A stretch of 63,416 nucleotides of DNA, filler included, from Nemertoderma westbladi (Eukaryota; Animalia; Xenacoelomorpha), in the NCBI GenBank assembly GCA_032718475.1. It is 3 parts of 3 records of this genome, joined end to end, with 100 filler letters (N's around TTAATTAATTAA, not from the genome) between each part and the next. Parts side by side here need not be neighbours in the genome. Positions count along the whole stretch, not along the records: positions 1 to 30,772 come from JAUCBJ010004932.1; 2 more parts are not named here. One strand, written 5' to 3'. Both the position numbers and the translations under genes were made by a program. A model generated the notes under the pieces. The model was not told where the DNA came from and did not search any database. It saw only the letters and a program-made list of their open reading frames with translations. The first letter of the stretch is position 1. Each line of letters begins with the position of its first letter. Of the stretch, positions 1 to 12,222 are shown in pieces.

Positions 1-154
1 CCACAAGGGAAATAAAGTCACGTTTTGGTTAGAAAACACCACCACTGTAACCTGCTCATTTCGCCAAATGTTTTAAATTAAATTAAATTAATTTTTCAAA
101 CACACTATACAGATACACACACTTGGTGTTTGCGGTCATTTTGTGCCATTGACT

Positions 155-1957
155 CCAGAACCATGGTAAGTCAACCACTCAATATTGTGGAAATCAACTG
201 TAACAGAACCCTGGTAGGTCAGTAGCGTGGCAATCGGCTGTAGGAGAACCCTGGTAGGTCAATATAGTGACAATAAGCTGGAACAGAACCCTGGCAGGTC
301 AATATTGTGGCAATCAGCTGTAACAGAACCCTGGTAGGTCAATATTGTGGCAATCAACCTGTAACAGAACACTGGTAGGTCAAAATTGTGGCAATCAACC
401 TTAACAGAACCCTGGTAGGTCAATATTGTGGCAATCAGCTGCAATTTCAGAACCCTGGTAGGTCAATATTGTGGCAATAAGCTGCAACAGAACCCTGGCA
501 GGTCAATATTGTGGCAATCAGCTGTAACAGAACCCTGGTAGGTCAATATTGTGGCAATCAGCTGTAACAGAACCCTGGTAGGTCAATATTGTGGCAATCA
601 AGCTGTAACAGAACCCTGGTAGGTCAATATTGTGGCAATCAGCTGTAACAGAACCCTGGTAGGTCAATATTGTGGCAATCAGCTGTAACAGAACCCTGGT
701 AGGTCAATATTGTGGCAATCAGCTGTAACAGAACCCTGGTAGGTCAATATTGTGGCAATCAGCTGTAACAGAACCCTGGTAGGTCAATATTGTGGCAATC
801 AGCTGTAACAGAACCCTGGTAGGTCAATATTGTGGCAATCAGCTGTAACAGAACCCTGGTAGGTCAATATTGTGGCAATCAAGCTGTAACAGAACCCTGG
901 TAGGTCAATATTGTGGCAATCAGCTGTAACAGAACCCTGGTAGGTCAATATTGTGGCAATCAGCTGCAACAGAACCCTGGTAGGTCAATATTGTGGCAAT
1001 CAGCTGCAACAGAACCCTGGTAGGTCAATATTGTGGCAATCAGCTGTAACAGAACCTCGGTAGGTCAATAGTGTGACAATAAGCTGCAACAGAACCCTGG
1101 TAGGTCAATATTGTGGCAATCAGCTGTAACAGAACCCTGGTAGGTCAATATTGTGGCAATCAGCTGCAACAGAACCCTGGTAGGTCAATATTGTGGCAAT
1201 CAGCTGTAACAGAACCATGGTAGGTCAATATTGTGGCAATCAGCTGTAACAGAACCCTGGTAGGTCAATATTGTGGCAATCAGCTGTAACAGAACCCCGG
1301 TAGGTCAATAGTGTGGCAATAAGCTGCAACAGAACCCTGGTAGGTCAATATTGTGGCAATCAGCTGTAACAGAACCCCGGTAGGTCAATAGTGTGGCAAT
1401 CAGCTGTAACAGAACCCTGGTAGGTCAATATTGTGGCAATCAGCTGTAACAGAACCCTGGTAGGTCAATATTGTGGCAATCAGCTGTAAGAGAAACCTGG
1501 TAGGTCAATATTGTGACAATAAGCTGCAACAGAACCCTGGTAGGTCAATATTGTGGCAATCAGCTGTAACAGAACCCTGGTGGGTCAATATTGTGGCAAT
1601 CAGCTGTAACAGAACCCTGGTAGGTCAATATTGTGGCAATCAGCTGTAACAGAACCCTGGTGAGGTCAATATTGTGGCAATCAGCTGTAACAGAACCCTG
1701 GTAGGTCAATATTGTGGCAATCAGCTGCAACAGAACCCCGGTAGGTCAATATTGTGGCAATCAGCTGTAACAGAACCCTGGTAGGTCAATATTGTGGCAA
1801 TCAGCTGTAACAGAACCCTGGTAGGTCAATATTGTGGCAATCAGCTGTAACAGAACCCTGGTAGGTCAATATTGTGGCAATCAGCTGTAACACAACCCTG
1901 GTAGGTCAATATTGTGGCAATCAGCTGTAACAGAACCCTGGTAGGTCAAAATTGTGG
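155..1957. repeat. 40-bp tandem satellite, ~45 copies (cagctgtaacagaaccctggtaggtcaatattgtggcaat)
   Basis: Directly visible, nearly identical tandem units that degrade toward the left edge. Confidence 0.97.
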
Positions 1958-3179
1958 TTGACAGTAATTCATACAAAGCAGCCGAAACTAAAACTTGAAA
2001 TATAACGGAAATCCCCCCCCCCCCGGACCTCCTGTACTGCTCCCTTTCCCTGGACATGTAATATGGCATGACGACACGGGGCGCTATGAAAGCGCGCTCT
2101 CTCTATCGTGGCTCGCCCCACAGCTATCATCAGAATAAAAGCTCAATAGATTCATCATAAACAATGGGTCTATGAGTTTGATCGGTATCATCATGCGAAT
2201 AGCTGTTTCTAAAACAACCAACGAAAAATTATAGCGCAGAATGGCGAATCAGCAAATGGCAGAATCTTCTGAACAGATACTACTTTACTCGAATAAGAGC
2301 CCCCCCCCCCGCCCCCTCCCCCTCGAATAAACGCCCCCCTTATCATCAAATTAGCAACTTAAACGACTTCCCCGAATAAACGCCCCCCCCCCCCCCCCGG
2401 CCCACCCTCCCCTTCTATTTGGAAATAATAACCTTTTATAAAAGTATTTCTAAAAAACATTCTTAAAAAAACAAATAATACATGAAACATAATTAGTGAA
2501 ACAAGATTAATGCTTGACAAGATTGATTAATTTAATAATAACATAATACAATATAATATTAACAATTAATATAAGAGAAACTGCACTGCAGTTTCTCTGT
2601 GTACGCAGTTTCATTACAATGACCTGAAGAAGCCCTGTTGGGAGAAAGCTTGTAATAACATTTGTCATTCATTTCATTAGTCACCTGAGTGAGGTCAACC
2701 CGTTCTACCTTAACTGTTTAATATGATAACTACGGTGACTAGAGCGTGAGAATTCCTTCTTAAAAACTAAGAAAGGCTTTCAACTTTCAAGTAAGATAGA
2801 ACAGCTATAATCTTGTGTTGTTTTAACTTAATAGAGATATTGAAATATCCCCTGCCCCTGGCGTTTATATTTGAGCATATTTTAAATGTTTGCCTCATAT
2901 TCAATTGATGTGTACCGCCTTCTGGCAAAGCGGCACCCCGTTTAAACTAGCAATCACAGCTAGCGAGTAGCGACCCACGGACGGCGACCTTCAAACAAAC
3001 AGGTGCAGAGTCGGAAAGAAATGTCGTAGGCTTTGCTTGGCTTGTGGTACCATTTGATTACATTATTTAAACAATACAGTTTTAGCACTATACAATAATA
3101 TAGATAGGGAAACAGACAAACTGTCTATGACACAAACACCAACACATTACGATAGCCCCCAATTATGGCGTCTCTAAAG

Positions 3180-3601
3180 AGTTAAAATATAAATAAATAA
3201 AACCTCTCTGAAACCATAAAAATACCTACAAAAAAAATACTGCAGTAATAAATATTAGTTACTGCAGTAACATATAATAATTACTGCAGTAACAAATATT
3301 TATTACTGCAGTAATAAATATTTATTACTGCAGCAACAAATATTTATTACTGTAGTAATCAATATTAATAAATTAATAAATAATTGAATGAAAATTTATA
3401 CTGCAGTAATCAATATTAATAAATAATTGAATAAAAATTTATACTGCAGTAACAAATTATTTGTTACTGCAGAAAAAGAAAATTTTTTATTACTGCAGTA
3501 ATAATTAATTCTTACTTTCACTGACAAATATTTATTACTGCAGTATTTTTAGGAGGCATATTTATTGTTTTATAGAGGTTTTTATTACTTATATTTTACC
3601 C
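3180..3601. mobile_element. MITE-like foldback element with internal tactgcagta repeats
   Basis: Left end aaaatataaataaataaaacctct...aaaatactgcagtaataaatatt is the imperfect reverse complement of the right end aatatttattactgcagtattttt...agaggtttttattacttatatttt. Confidence 0.7.
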
Positions 3602-3794
3602 TTTAGTCAAAGTCAATATACCCCATACCATTGCCAGTTTTAGGCAGGACTGTATGAAATGACTGACAGTACTACTTTGAAATCTTTGAGGACACTTTGT
3701 CATTTTCTTGGACCACTTTTAGAACTTTGAGACACTTTTAGTTCTTTGAGAAAATCTCAAAGAACAGATTCACTTTGAGACCCCGACTGTATAT

Positions 3795-5800
3795 ATCAGA
3801 TTCAAAGGATTTACAATTCGGGAGGTAGAAGTTTGAAGCACTAGCTCTGGTACTGTAAGAGTGTGTATCGCGTACTCTGTTGAATTTTTGTTTTAGGTAT
3901 TTGGGACACTTACCATTATACACTTTATGCACATGGTTAAGGCGTAGCTGCTTAACTCTACTATCTAAGTTAAATAGTCCAGCTTCAGAAAATTCATCTG
4001 GAGTTAGGTGGTGCCTAGATTTGTAGTCTTTAATAAATCGTACAACTTTATTCTGAGCTACTTGTAATTTACATTTAAGCTGTTTGGTTAAGCTTTCATA
4101 CCAAGAAGAGCATGCATAGTAGGGCGGTGCGTTTTTTACTTTTTTTCGATTTCATTGTTCTACCGGTGCACAAAAGTTGCCAAATGGTAAAAAAATAAGG
4201 CAAAAAAAATTTCTTCAAGTTTCATCTATATCTTCACGGATCCCAAGAGGGTTGAAATTTTGTGCCATCGCGATGTACCATAATGAAATGTATAACAATA
4301 TAACACATTTTAGAAAGATCAATGACTCAAAAAAGAACTGCCTGCATGCATCAAATGTCATCAAATGGGTCCAAACTTAGTTAGATACCAAAATTTTAAT
4401 TTTTGGGTCAAGGGAACTAGTGCCACAGGCACATGGCCAGAACCTACCATTTGGCGCAAGTGATGATTATTCTCAATTTTCGCGATGGCCAACTTTGAGT
4501 TCTCCTACTGCATTCATATTATGCTCATTAGAACCGCAATGTCCGATTTAGTGGGGGTAGACACCTTCAAAACAAACGTAGAGCGAATAGTTCTTGAGAT
4601 ATCGCAGAAAATGTGAAGTACGGCACAAGTCTACATTGCCGCCTTGATGTGATATGGACAAATACACTATAAATGATATATTGAATTATCTCAAGGAATC
4701 AATAATAAACACATCACAGAAATGATCGATATAATGGGTGAAGACACCTTCAAAATAAGAGTAGAGTCATTAGTTCTTGAGTTATTTTACAAAATGTCAA
4801 GACTATATCCACCAATTACTACTTGATATTAAATTGACCCATTCCACACATTTTGTACAAAAACTATAGTGAATTAATCACTACTCTTTAATTTTGAAGG
4901 TCCCTGTATATTATATTATACTCTTTAATTCGGACTAGCCGACAATACGATCAGTAAAATTGACAACATACATTTACAATTAATTCACAACGGTTTATAG
5001 TGCAACTAATGATGTGGGTACCGCTACCACGAGCCACATGCCTACTGTAATAATCACATATGAATAAATAAAATAAATAAAAAGTGGCACAAATTAATTG
5101 AAAAGGCCGCTATGACATTATGTGACCTCTGGTGACCTCCAGTTTGGTATTGGTATTGGTATTTGTTGCAGTGATAAGTCTATTTTTGATGCCTTAAGAT
5201 AATTAGAAGTAACATTTTTGTGTATTTGTCTATAAATCATCAAGGCAGTAATGTTGACTTGTGCCGTAATTAACATTTTCTGTAATATCTCAAGAACTAT
5301 TCGCTCTATGCTTATTTTGATGGTGTCTACCCCCACTAAATCGGTCATTGCGGTTCTAATGAGCATAATAATAATGCCGTAGGAGAAATAAAAGTTGTCC
5401 ATCACCAAAATTGAGAATAATCATCACTTGCGCCAAAGAGTAAGTTCTGGTCATGTGCCTGTGGCACTACTTCCCTTAATCCAAAAATTAAAATTTTGGT
5501 ATCTAACTAAGTTTGGACCCATGTGATGACATTTGATGCATGCAGGAAGTTCTTTTTTGAGTCATTGATCTTTAATCAATGTGTTATATTGTTATAAATT
5601 TCATTATGGTGCATCGCGATGGCACAAAATTTCAACCCTCTTGGGATCCGTGAAGACATAGACAAAATTTAAAAAAAAAATGTTTGCCTTATTTTTTTAC
5701 CATTTGGCAACTTTTGTGCACCGGTAGAACAATGAAATCGAAAAAAAGTAAAAAACGCACCGCCCTAATGCATAGTCCATGTGACACTGTATTAAAGAAG
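3795..5800 (-). mobile_element. CR1/L2-group LINE ORF2 C-terminal fragment, split by the element at 4120-5767
   Basis: Reads SLIQCHMDYA|CSSWYESLTKQLKCKLQVAQNKVVRFI...HKVYNGKCPKYL...HSYSTR continuously once the insertion and one TSD copy are removed. Confidence 0.85.
4120..5767. mobile_element. Non-autonomous hAT-like element with ~500-bp terminal inverted repeats (TIRs)
   Basis: Ends tagggcggtgcg...cgcaccgcccta; 8-bp TSD atgcatag at 4112-4119 and 5768-5775; no transposase ORF. Confidence 0.9.
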
Positions 5801-6933
5801 AGCAATGTAACTTGAGAGGATATAAAATGCAGGGGCTGAAGCTTGACGCAAATCCCATCTCGGCAAATTAATATCTTGTCTCGGTGAATTAAGACTGTTA
5901 TATCAATTAGATAACTGGAAAGGCTTGGCCAAGGCGACCTTGGCTTGGCCCATGGTGACGTCAACTGTACAGTATACTTTTAGTATACATTTCAGTATAT
6001 AGTTTTATACTATACATGAAGTTTCCCCTGTGGTACAAAAACAAAATGCCGTCAATTAAATTAAATCTTTATCCATTTACCCATGGGGATGGAAGAACCA
6101 TGTCTGGCTTCAAAGGTAGATTGTTAAGATTAACATCAGATAACTATTTGATGTATACAGTAGCATACTAATCCAGACACTAAAATCTCTAAACCTCACT
6201 TTTAACCATTCTGTCTGAATAACACCCAATATTTTAAAGCATTGCTAAACAGGCCAATAGAAGGGTCCCAATTACAGTACTATTCAAACTCTAGCATTGC
6301 TTGAAAACCACATCTTAAGAGTAAGACTAAACATAAACAAGCCAATACGAGGGCTCCAACAATTTCTAAGGAAATAGAAGGGGATGATTAGCAATTTTGA
6401 TTGGTTGATGATGAACCGCATTCGGATTCCTACGTGTCAGTTTAACGCACACTGGCAGCTGGCTGAGTACAGCCACATGAGTGGTAGACTGGTGGCTGGC
6501 AGGCCATATTGAAAGGTTTTACATGTACACCAAGCACGTTCGGTGCAGCACTAGAACTTGCACCAGGAGCTGGCCCAGAAATGTGCTATGCCGGGCAATG
6601 AGCCTGAAGGGTCGGTGCTATGCCGGCGTAGCCATAGCCAGCGTAGCACCGGCAATGATAGAGATGCTGCGCTCGGCGCAGCAGGCGTCGAAATTTGCCC
6701 GGCTTCGTCGCTGCAGAAATTGACCCGGCGCTGGAGCAGGAATCAGCCCAGCATACCCGGCGTACATTTGCCTGGCGCAGAAATCCGAGAAACTCAGCAA
6801 CGATCTATAACGGGCTTATAACTTCTTATAAACAAGCTATAACCCAGGTTGGAATTCATGCTGCAAAACTCAGACGCGTGCATGCGCGAATGACCGCGAA
6901 CAAGATACGCGTTGCACGTATGGGTGAGAAATA

Positions 6934-7488
6934 TTGTTCAACCGGAGCACCGGCTCCAGGCCGGGTTTGCCCTGTCCGGCTCCGGACAGCCGGACCGGCC
7001 TTGGTAAAATACTTGCCAGAGCTCCGGTAAAAAGTTACATGTCCTGCAAAGCAAACAATGAAGAAATCAGGAAATATGTATGCAGTGTATGTACTGTACC
7101 GCAGTACCGTCACCGTGTATGCTGATATACAGCAGTAAATGCAGTAGGCATGGCCTACCCGTATTGTTGTTTGAGAGTTTACAGACAGACAGACAGTCCA
7201 GCAGTCTGACAGTACAGCAGTAGGACATTACCGATCCGGCTGTCCGGTACCGGTGTACCTAAGTTGGGGAAGTTAGTAAGTTACGGCAGTACGGTACTGT
7301 ACCTAACTAACCTCCGTCTCCCTGTACAGTACAGCAGTTAGTACCAACACAGCAACATGACAGTATTGACAGTTTGCATGTATATAAGGCCAATTTACAT
7401 ACCAGGTCCGGCTACGGGCACAATCTTCCTTACCCGGCTCCGGCTGTCCGGCCCGGTACCCGGCAAAATATGTGACCCGGTTGAACAA
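6934..7488. mobile_element. MITE with ttgttcaaccgg TIRs and ccgg-rich subterminal repeats
   Basis: 12-bp perfect TIR ttgttcaaccgg/ccggttgaacaa; TSD unclear. Confidence 0.65.
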
Positions 7489-7864
7489 ATAGGCTGATAG
7501 GAGAAAAGATGCGTGTTGCGCAGCAGCGCGCAGCTCTGATACGCACCAAACAAATTAGGCTAATTGAAATCACGAAAATACACAAAAAAATTTCGCTCGC
7601 TTCGCTCGCGTTTATTTTTCATTTCATATTCTTCAAACTATCAAATATCTCTTTCTATCATTTCACGAATACGGAACTAAAAATTTATCAATTTATTTTA
7701 ACTAGGGTACTAAATTGTTATTTATTATGTTTACGTTAGTAAACAGGTAAAGTCAGAAAGTAACAATGAGGCCTATTAAGTATGACTTAATGTAATTATC
7801 AGATTATATAAGCCAACTGTATGTTAAGAGTGTAAGAGTAAGACTAATTATTATATAGGCCTAC

Positions 7865-8175
7865 AGCAATTTATATCCACCACAAATGATTCAATGCTTC
7901 TCCAGGATGATATTAACTCTTTACTTCAATGGGCTAAACTGTGGCAGATGAGTTTCAATATCAATAAGTGTTCTATAGTCTCTCTTCAATCAACCAACTC
8001 ACGACCCGAGCGTTCCTACTTCATGGGTGAAACATGCCTCCAACATCTAAGTGAAGCGAAAGATTTAGGAATAATAATTTCATCAGATATTAGGTTCAGT
8101 GAACATGTGGCGTATGTGACAACTAAAGCACGTAAAACATGTTGTCAGATTCGGAGAAATTTCCGGCATCGTAGT
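7865..8175 (+). mobile_element. CR1-type LINE RT fragment (5' part of a split copy)
   Basis: LQDDINSLLQWAKLWQMSFNINKC...KDLGIIISSDIRFSEHV...IRRNFRHRS matches typical post-YADD CR1 motifs. Confidence 0.9.
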
Positions 8176-8191
8176 GGTCACTTTCAATTTG

Positions 8192-10040
8192 AGCAGAGGT
8201 TGGTCGGTATGCTAAACCCCAGCCATCTCTTCTACCCAATGTAAATTCGACCTTACAAGCCATTGCCAGCTTTAAATATATAATCAAAACTGATTTGATG
8301 AGTGCTTACTATCAGATACCTCTCTCAGAGGAATCTATGAAATACTGTGGTTTTGTTACTCCATTCTGCGGGGTTAGGGTTTATACTCGATGTGCCATAG
8401 GGATGCCAGGATCAGAATCAGCCTTGGGAGAATTGATGTGTAGGGTTTTGGGGGATCTTCTTGTCAAGGGTATGGTGGTGAAAATTGCAGACGATTTATA
8501 TTGTGGTGGAAACACTATCCCAGAGTTAGTAGCCAACTTTGATTCACTTCTAGCTGCTCTTGCTGTTTGCAACCTTCGACTCTCTGCTGCAAAAACTGTG
8601 ATTTATCCACATAGTACTACAATTCTTGGTTGGAAATGGACACTAGGATCACTTTCTGCATCTCCTCATATTGTATCAACTTTAGCTGCTTGTGTGCCAC
8701 CCACATCTATACGTGGCTTACGATCCTATATCGGATCCTATAAGGCATTATCCCGAGTGTTGCCCCACTGTTCATCACTTATTCCTCCCCTTGATGCCCT
8801 TTTAACTGATAAGTCCACTGATCTTGTCCAATGGACTGATTCTACATCAACTGCATTTCGCCGTAGCCAAGCAGCTCTGAAAAACTGTAAATCTATAACA
8901 TTGCCTACTCCACAGGATCATCTATGGATTATTACAGATGCTGCTTCTTCAACAGATGGTCTAGGAGCCATTCTTTATGTTAAACGTGGTAGCAAATTTT
9001 TAATCTCAGGGTACTTCACTGCTAAACTTCAGAAACACCAAGCTTTATGGCTTCCATGTGAGATGGAAGCATTAGCGATTGCTGCTGCAGTTAAACATTT
9101 TTCTCCATATATCATTCAATCCCCAATGCCCACACAGGTCCTTACAGACAGCAAACCATGTGTACAGGCCTTCCACAAAATGTGCCGTGGTACATTCTCG
9201 AATAGTCCTCGAGTATCCACTTTTCTGTCTATTGCCCATCAGTATCAGGTGACACTAACCCATCTGCCTGGATCTGCAAATTTACCTGCCGATTTCGCCA
9301 GCCGAAATGCTCCACCTATATGTGCTACCAACAATTGCCAAGTTTGCACATTTGTTAATGAGTTAGCTGAGGCACCAGTAATTCGATCCCTTCCTTTAGT
9401 CAGTGAAGATAATGAATGTGCACCTCGTGAGTTGCCTATTGTGCACGCTGTGTCAACTAATCCTGCTATAACCAATGACACGAAACCCCTTTATACCAGT
9501 CGCCACGCTTGGCTAGAAACACAGCGGGAATGTGCCGACTTACGTCGTGTTAAAGCTCATTTAGTTCAGGGGACACGCCCGTCCAAGAAAGACACTGATA
9601 TTCGTGATGTCAAGCGATATCTGGGTGTTGCTTCATTGACAAGCAATGGCTTACTTGTTGTTCGACAAGAGGAACCATTCACTGCAGCTCGTGAATTGAT
9701 TATCATCCCTCGAACTATTGTTCTTGGTCTCTTAACATCAATACACCTGGAGCTTAACCATCCATCAGCAAGCCAATTAAAGAAAAACATTACGCGAAAT
9801 TTTTATTGCCTTGATCTCGATAATGCTGTTGCTGCTGTAACATCAGGCTGCCATCAATGTTGTGCCCTATCACGATGTCCACAACAAATTATTGCACAAT
9901 CATCTGGAGAACCTCCTGAAGCAATTGCTATATCTTTTGCTGCAGATGTGCTACGCCGTTATCAGCAATATATTTTGGTGGTTAGAGAGACAGTATCTTC
10001 ATACACATTGGCTTGTATCTTACCTAATGAGCGTCATGAG
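8192..10040 (+). mobile_element. Ty3/Gypsy pol (RT, RNase H, integrase zinc finger and core start), 5'-truncated
   Basis: AEVGRYAKPQPSLLP..KTDLMSAYYQIPL..GMPGS..KIADDL (RT); ITDAAS..CEMEALAI..LTDSKP..NLPADFASR (RNase H); HLELNH..CHQC (integrase HHCC); domain order RT-RH-INT. Confidence 0.93.
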
Positions 10041-10347
10041 TAGTGTTGAGAACTGAATCAATTTTAACTAATTTCAGTTACAGTTACAGTTTCAGTATTC
10101 AAAGTTTTGCATTTCAGTTACAGTTACAGTTTCAGTATTCAAAGTTTTGCATTTCAGTTACAGTTACAGTTTCAGTATTACAAAGTGAAACGTTTCAGTT
10201 ACAGTTTCAGTTTCAGTTTTGATCGCGATAAAGTTTCAGTTACAGTTTCAGTTATAGATTCAATATATTATCCCACATAGTAAGCAGTCATTGAAATAAT
10301 TTCAGTCTCATTGGGGCGGGGTACAGTGCAGTCATTCACCCAATGAG

Positions 10348-12222
10348 CAAGGATGTCATTACGTTACGTTACGGTATCTTTTCAGGAATACCGTAGCTCA
10401 ATATTTTTCCGTAACGTAAACCGTAACGTAATAGCTTTTTCAATACCGTAACGTAATATTACTGTATATTTTTACCGTAAACCGTAACGTAATAGCGTAA
10501 TATTTTTTTTTAGCTACCAAACAATAATTTTGGACAAAAAAGTAAATCTTTCGACAAAAAACTTTCACTTGAACGTTCTAGCTATTCAATATAAAGCTAA
10601 ATGCTTTTAGGTTTTTTTTGTCTGTACACGGTATCCTTATAGCCAGTTTCCTGGCTTCAACAGTTATTTATGATGAAGTTTTAATTAATAATTAATTAAT
10701 AGTTAAATTAAGTTTTAATTAAACATTAAGTTTTAATTAATGTTAAGCTAACTAGGGCTACTGACTAGGGTTCAACAGAAGGCACTTTATGGGGCCGAAC
10801 CGAACCGAACCGAAGCAGGGCCAACTTCGGGCCGAACCGAACCGAATCCGAACCGAAGTTCAGAAAGTTAGCAAGTTATGGTCATAAATTCGTATTTACA
10901 TCACTATCAGACTATACTGCAGTACTGGCTGACTGGCAGTGGCAGACTGATACCTATTTCGCTATTTGGTCTGCGGACTTAGTGAGAAAGCTATGATTAA
11001 TTAAAAAAATAAGTACTACAAAGTAAAATTTACATTACTGTACATTACTGTATTATTAAGCTAATTGTGAAAACTACCCAAGTAAACCGCAAACAATTAA
11101 AAAAATACACAAAAAAATATTACACTTTCAATGGATGTTCCTGCTGGATGTTCAGTTCAGTATTAAGAAATACTGTTATGCACTTACTGTATGCATGCAC
11201 TTACTGTATGCAGTATGCACCACATTTTCACCCGTAGTAAGCCGTACAGTACTGCAGTAGTAACATAAATTTAGAAAACCTCACTAAAATTACAGGTAGT
11301 CTTTTGTAATACTATTTATATGACAGTATGAGGTAGTAGATTTAGTGTTAGTATTATGTATCAAAGTTATGATTAATTAAAAAATAGGTACCGGTACTAC
11401 AAAGTAAAATGGCAATATTTAGCCTAACCTAAACTACTGTATAATTAAGCTAATTTTGAAACTACCCAAGTAAACTGGAAACAATTAAAAAAATAATGCC
11501 ATTTAAATGGAAGTTCAGTCCAAAATTAATTAGTACAACGATGGACAGATTGATTAGTCTTACTGTCTTAGCTCAATCAGTCAATGTAATACTGTAATAC
11601 TTGGAATATTTAGCAAAGTTTGCTCCGGCCTTCTGCAGTATCAATTGCAGAAGCCGAACCGAACCGAAATTGCCAAACTTCGGCCCGAACCGAACAGAAG
11701 CCGAAGCTTCTGTTGAGCCCTACTACTGACTGAACTATTTATACTGAGTCTCTGCTCTACCAGCTGTAGCCTATAACAACGCAGTATGCTGTACTGGTAT
11801 AGATCATAGATTTACAGAACAGTAGGTAGGTATGGTAGGCCTACCTACAGGGCTAGCGGCTACCTGTATGTCTTATTTATGACAACCTATTACAACACAA
11901 GCCAAGCCGTTCTACAGTACCAATTTAAAGTTATTTTTTTGTTAAGTTAATTTGCAATTTCAAAACATTGAAACTATAATTTTCCGATTTTCAGACAAAA
12001 TTAGGATAAAACTTTAAATATCTCTTTGTGGTCCTATGGAATCTGAACCGGTTATTACGTTACGGTATTTTCGGTAATACGCAATTATTTTTTTCGGAAT
12101 ACAGTAACGTAACGTAATTTGGTAATTATTCCGTCTAATGTAATATCGTAACGTAAAAAGTTCAGTTTTTCAACCGTAACGTAACGTAATACCGTAACGT
12201 AACGTAACGTAAAACATCCTTG
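10348..12222. mobile_element. Non-autonomous hAT-like element B nested in A
   Basis: TIR caaggatgt...acatccttg; 8-bp TSD ccaatgag at 10340-10347 and 12223-12230; (cgtaa)n subterminal arrays. Confidence 0.92.
10766..11722. mobile_element. Non-autonomous hAT-like element C nested in B
   Basis: TIR tagggttcaacagaag...cttctgttgagcccta; 8-bp TSD ctactgac at 10758-10765 and 11723-11730; (ccgaa)n subterminal arrays. Confidence 0.92.

Noticed and set aside
155-1957. Regular repeat array as a possible CRISPR
   Set aside because: Head-to-tail units with no unique spacers, no cas genes, eukaryotic context
1-6032. ccacaagggaaa (1) and tttcccctgtgg (~6022-6033) as TIRs of a 6-kb element
   Set aside because: Only 11 of 12 bp match, similarity does not extend, and the left flank is outside the window
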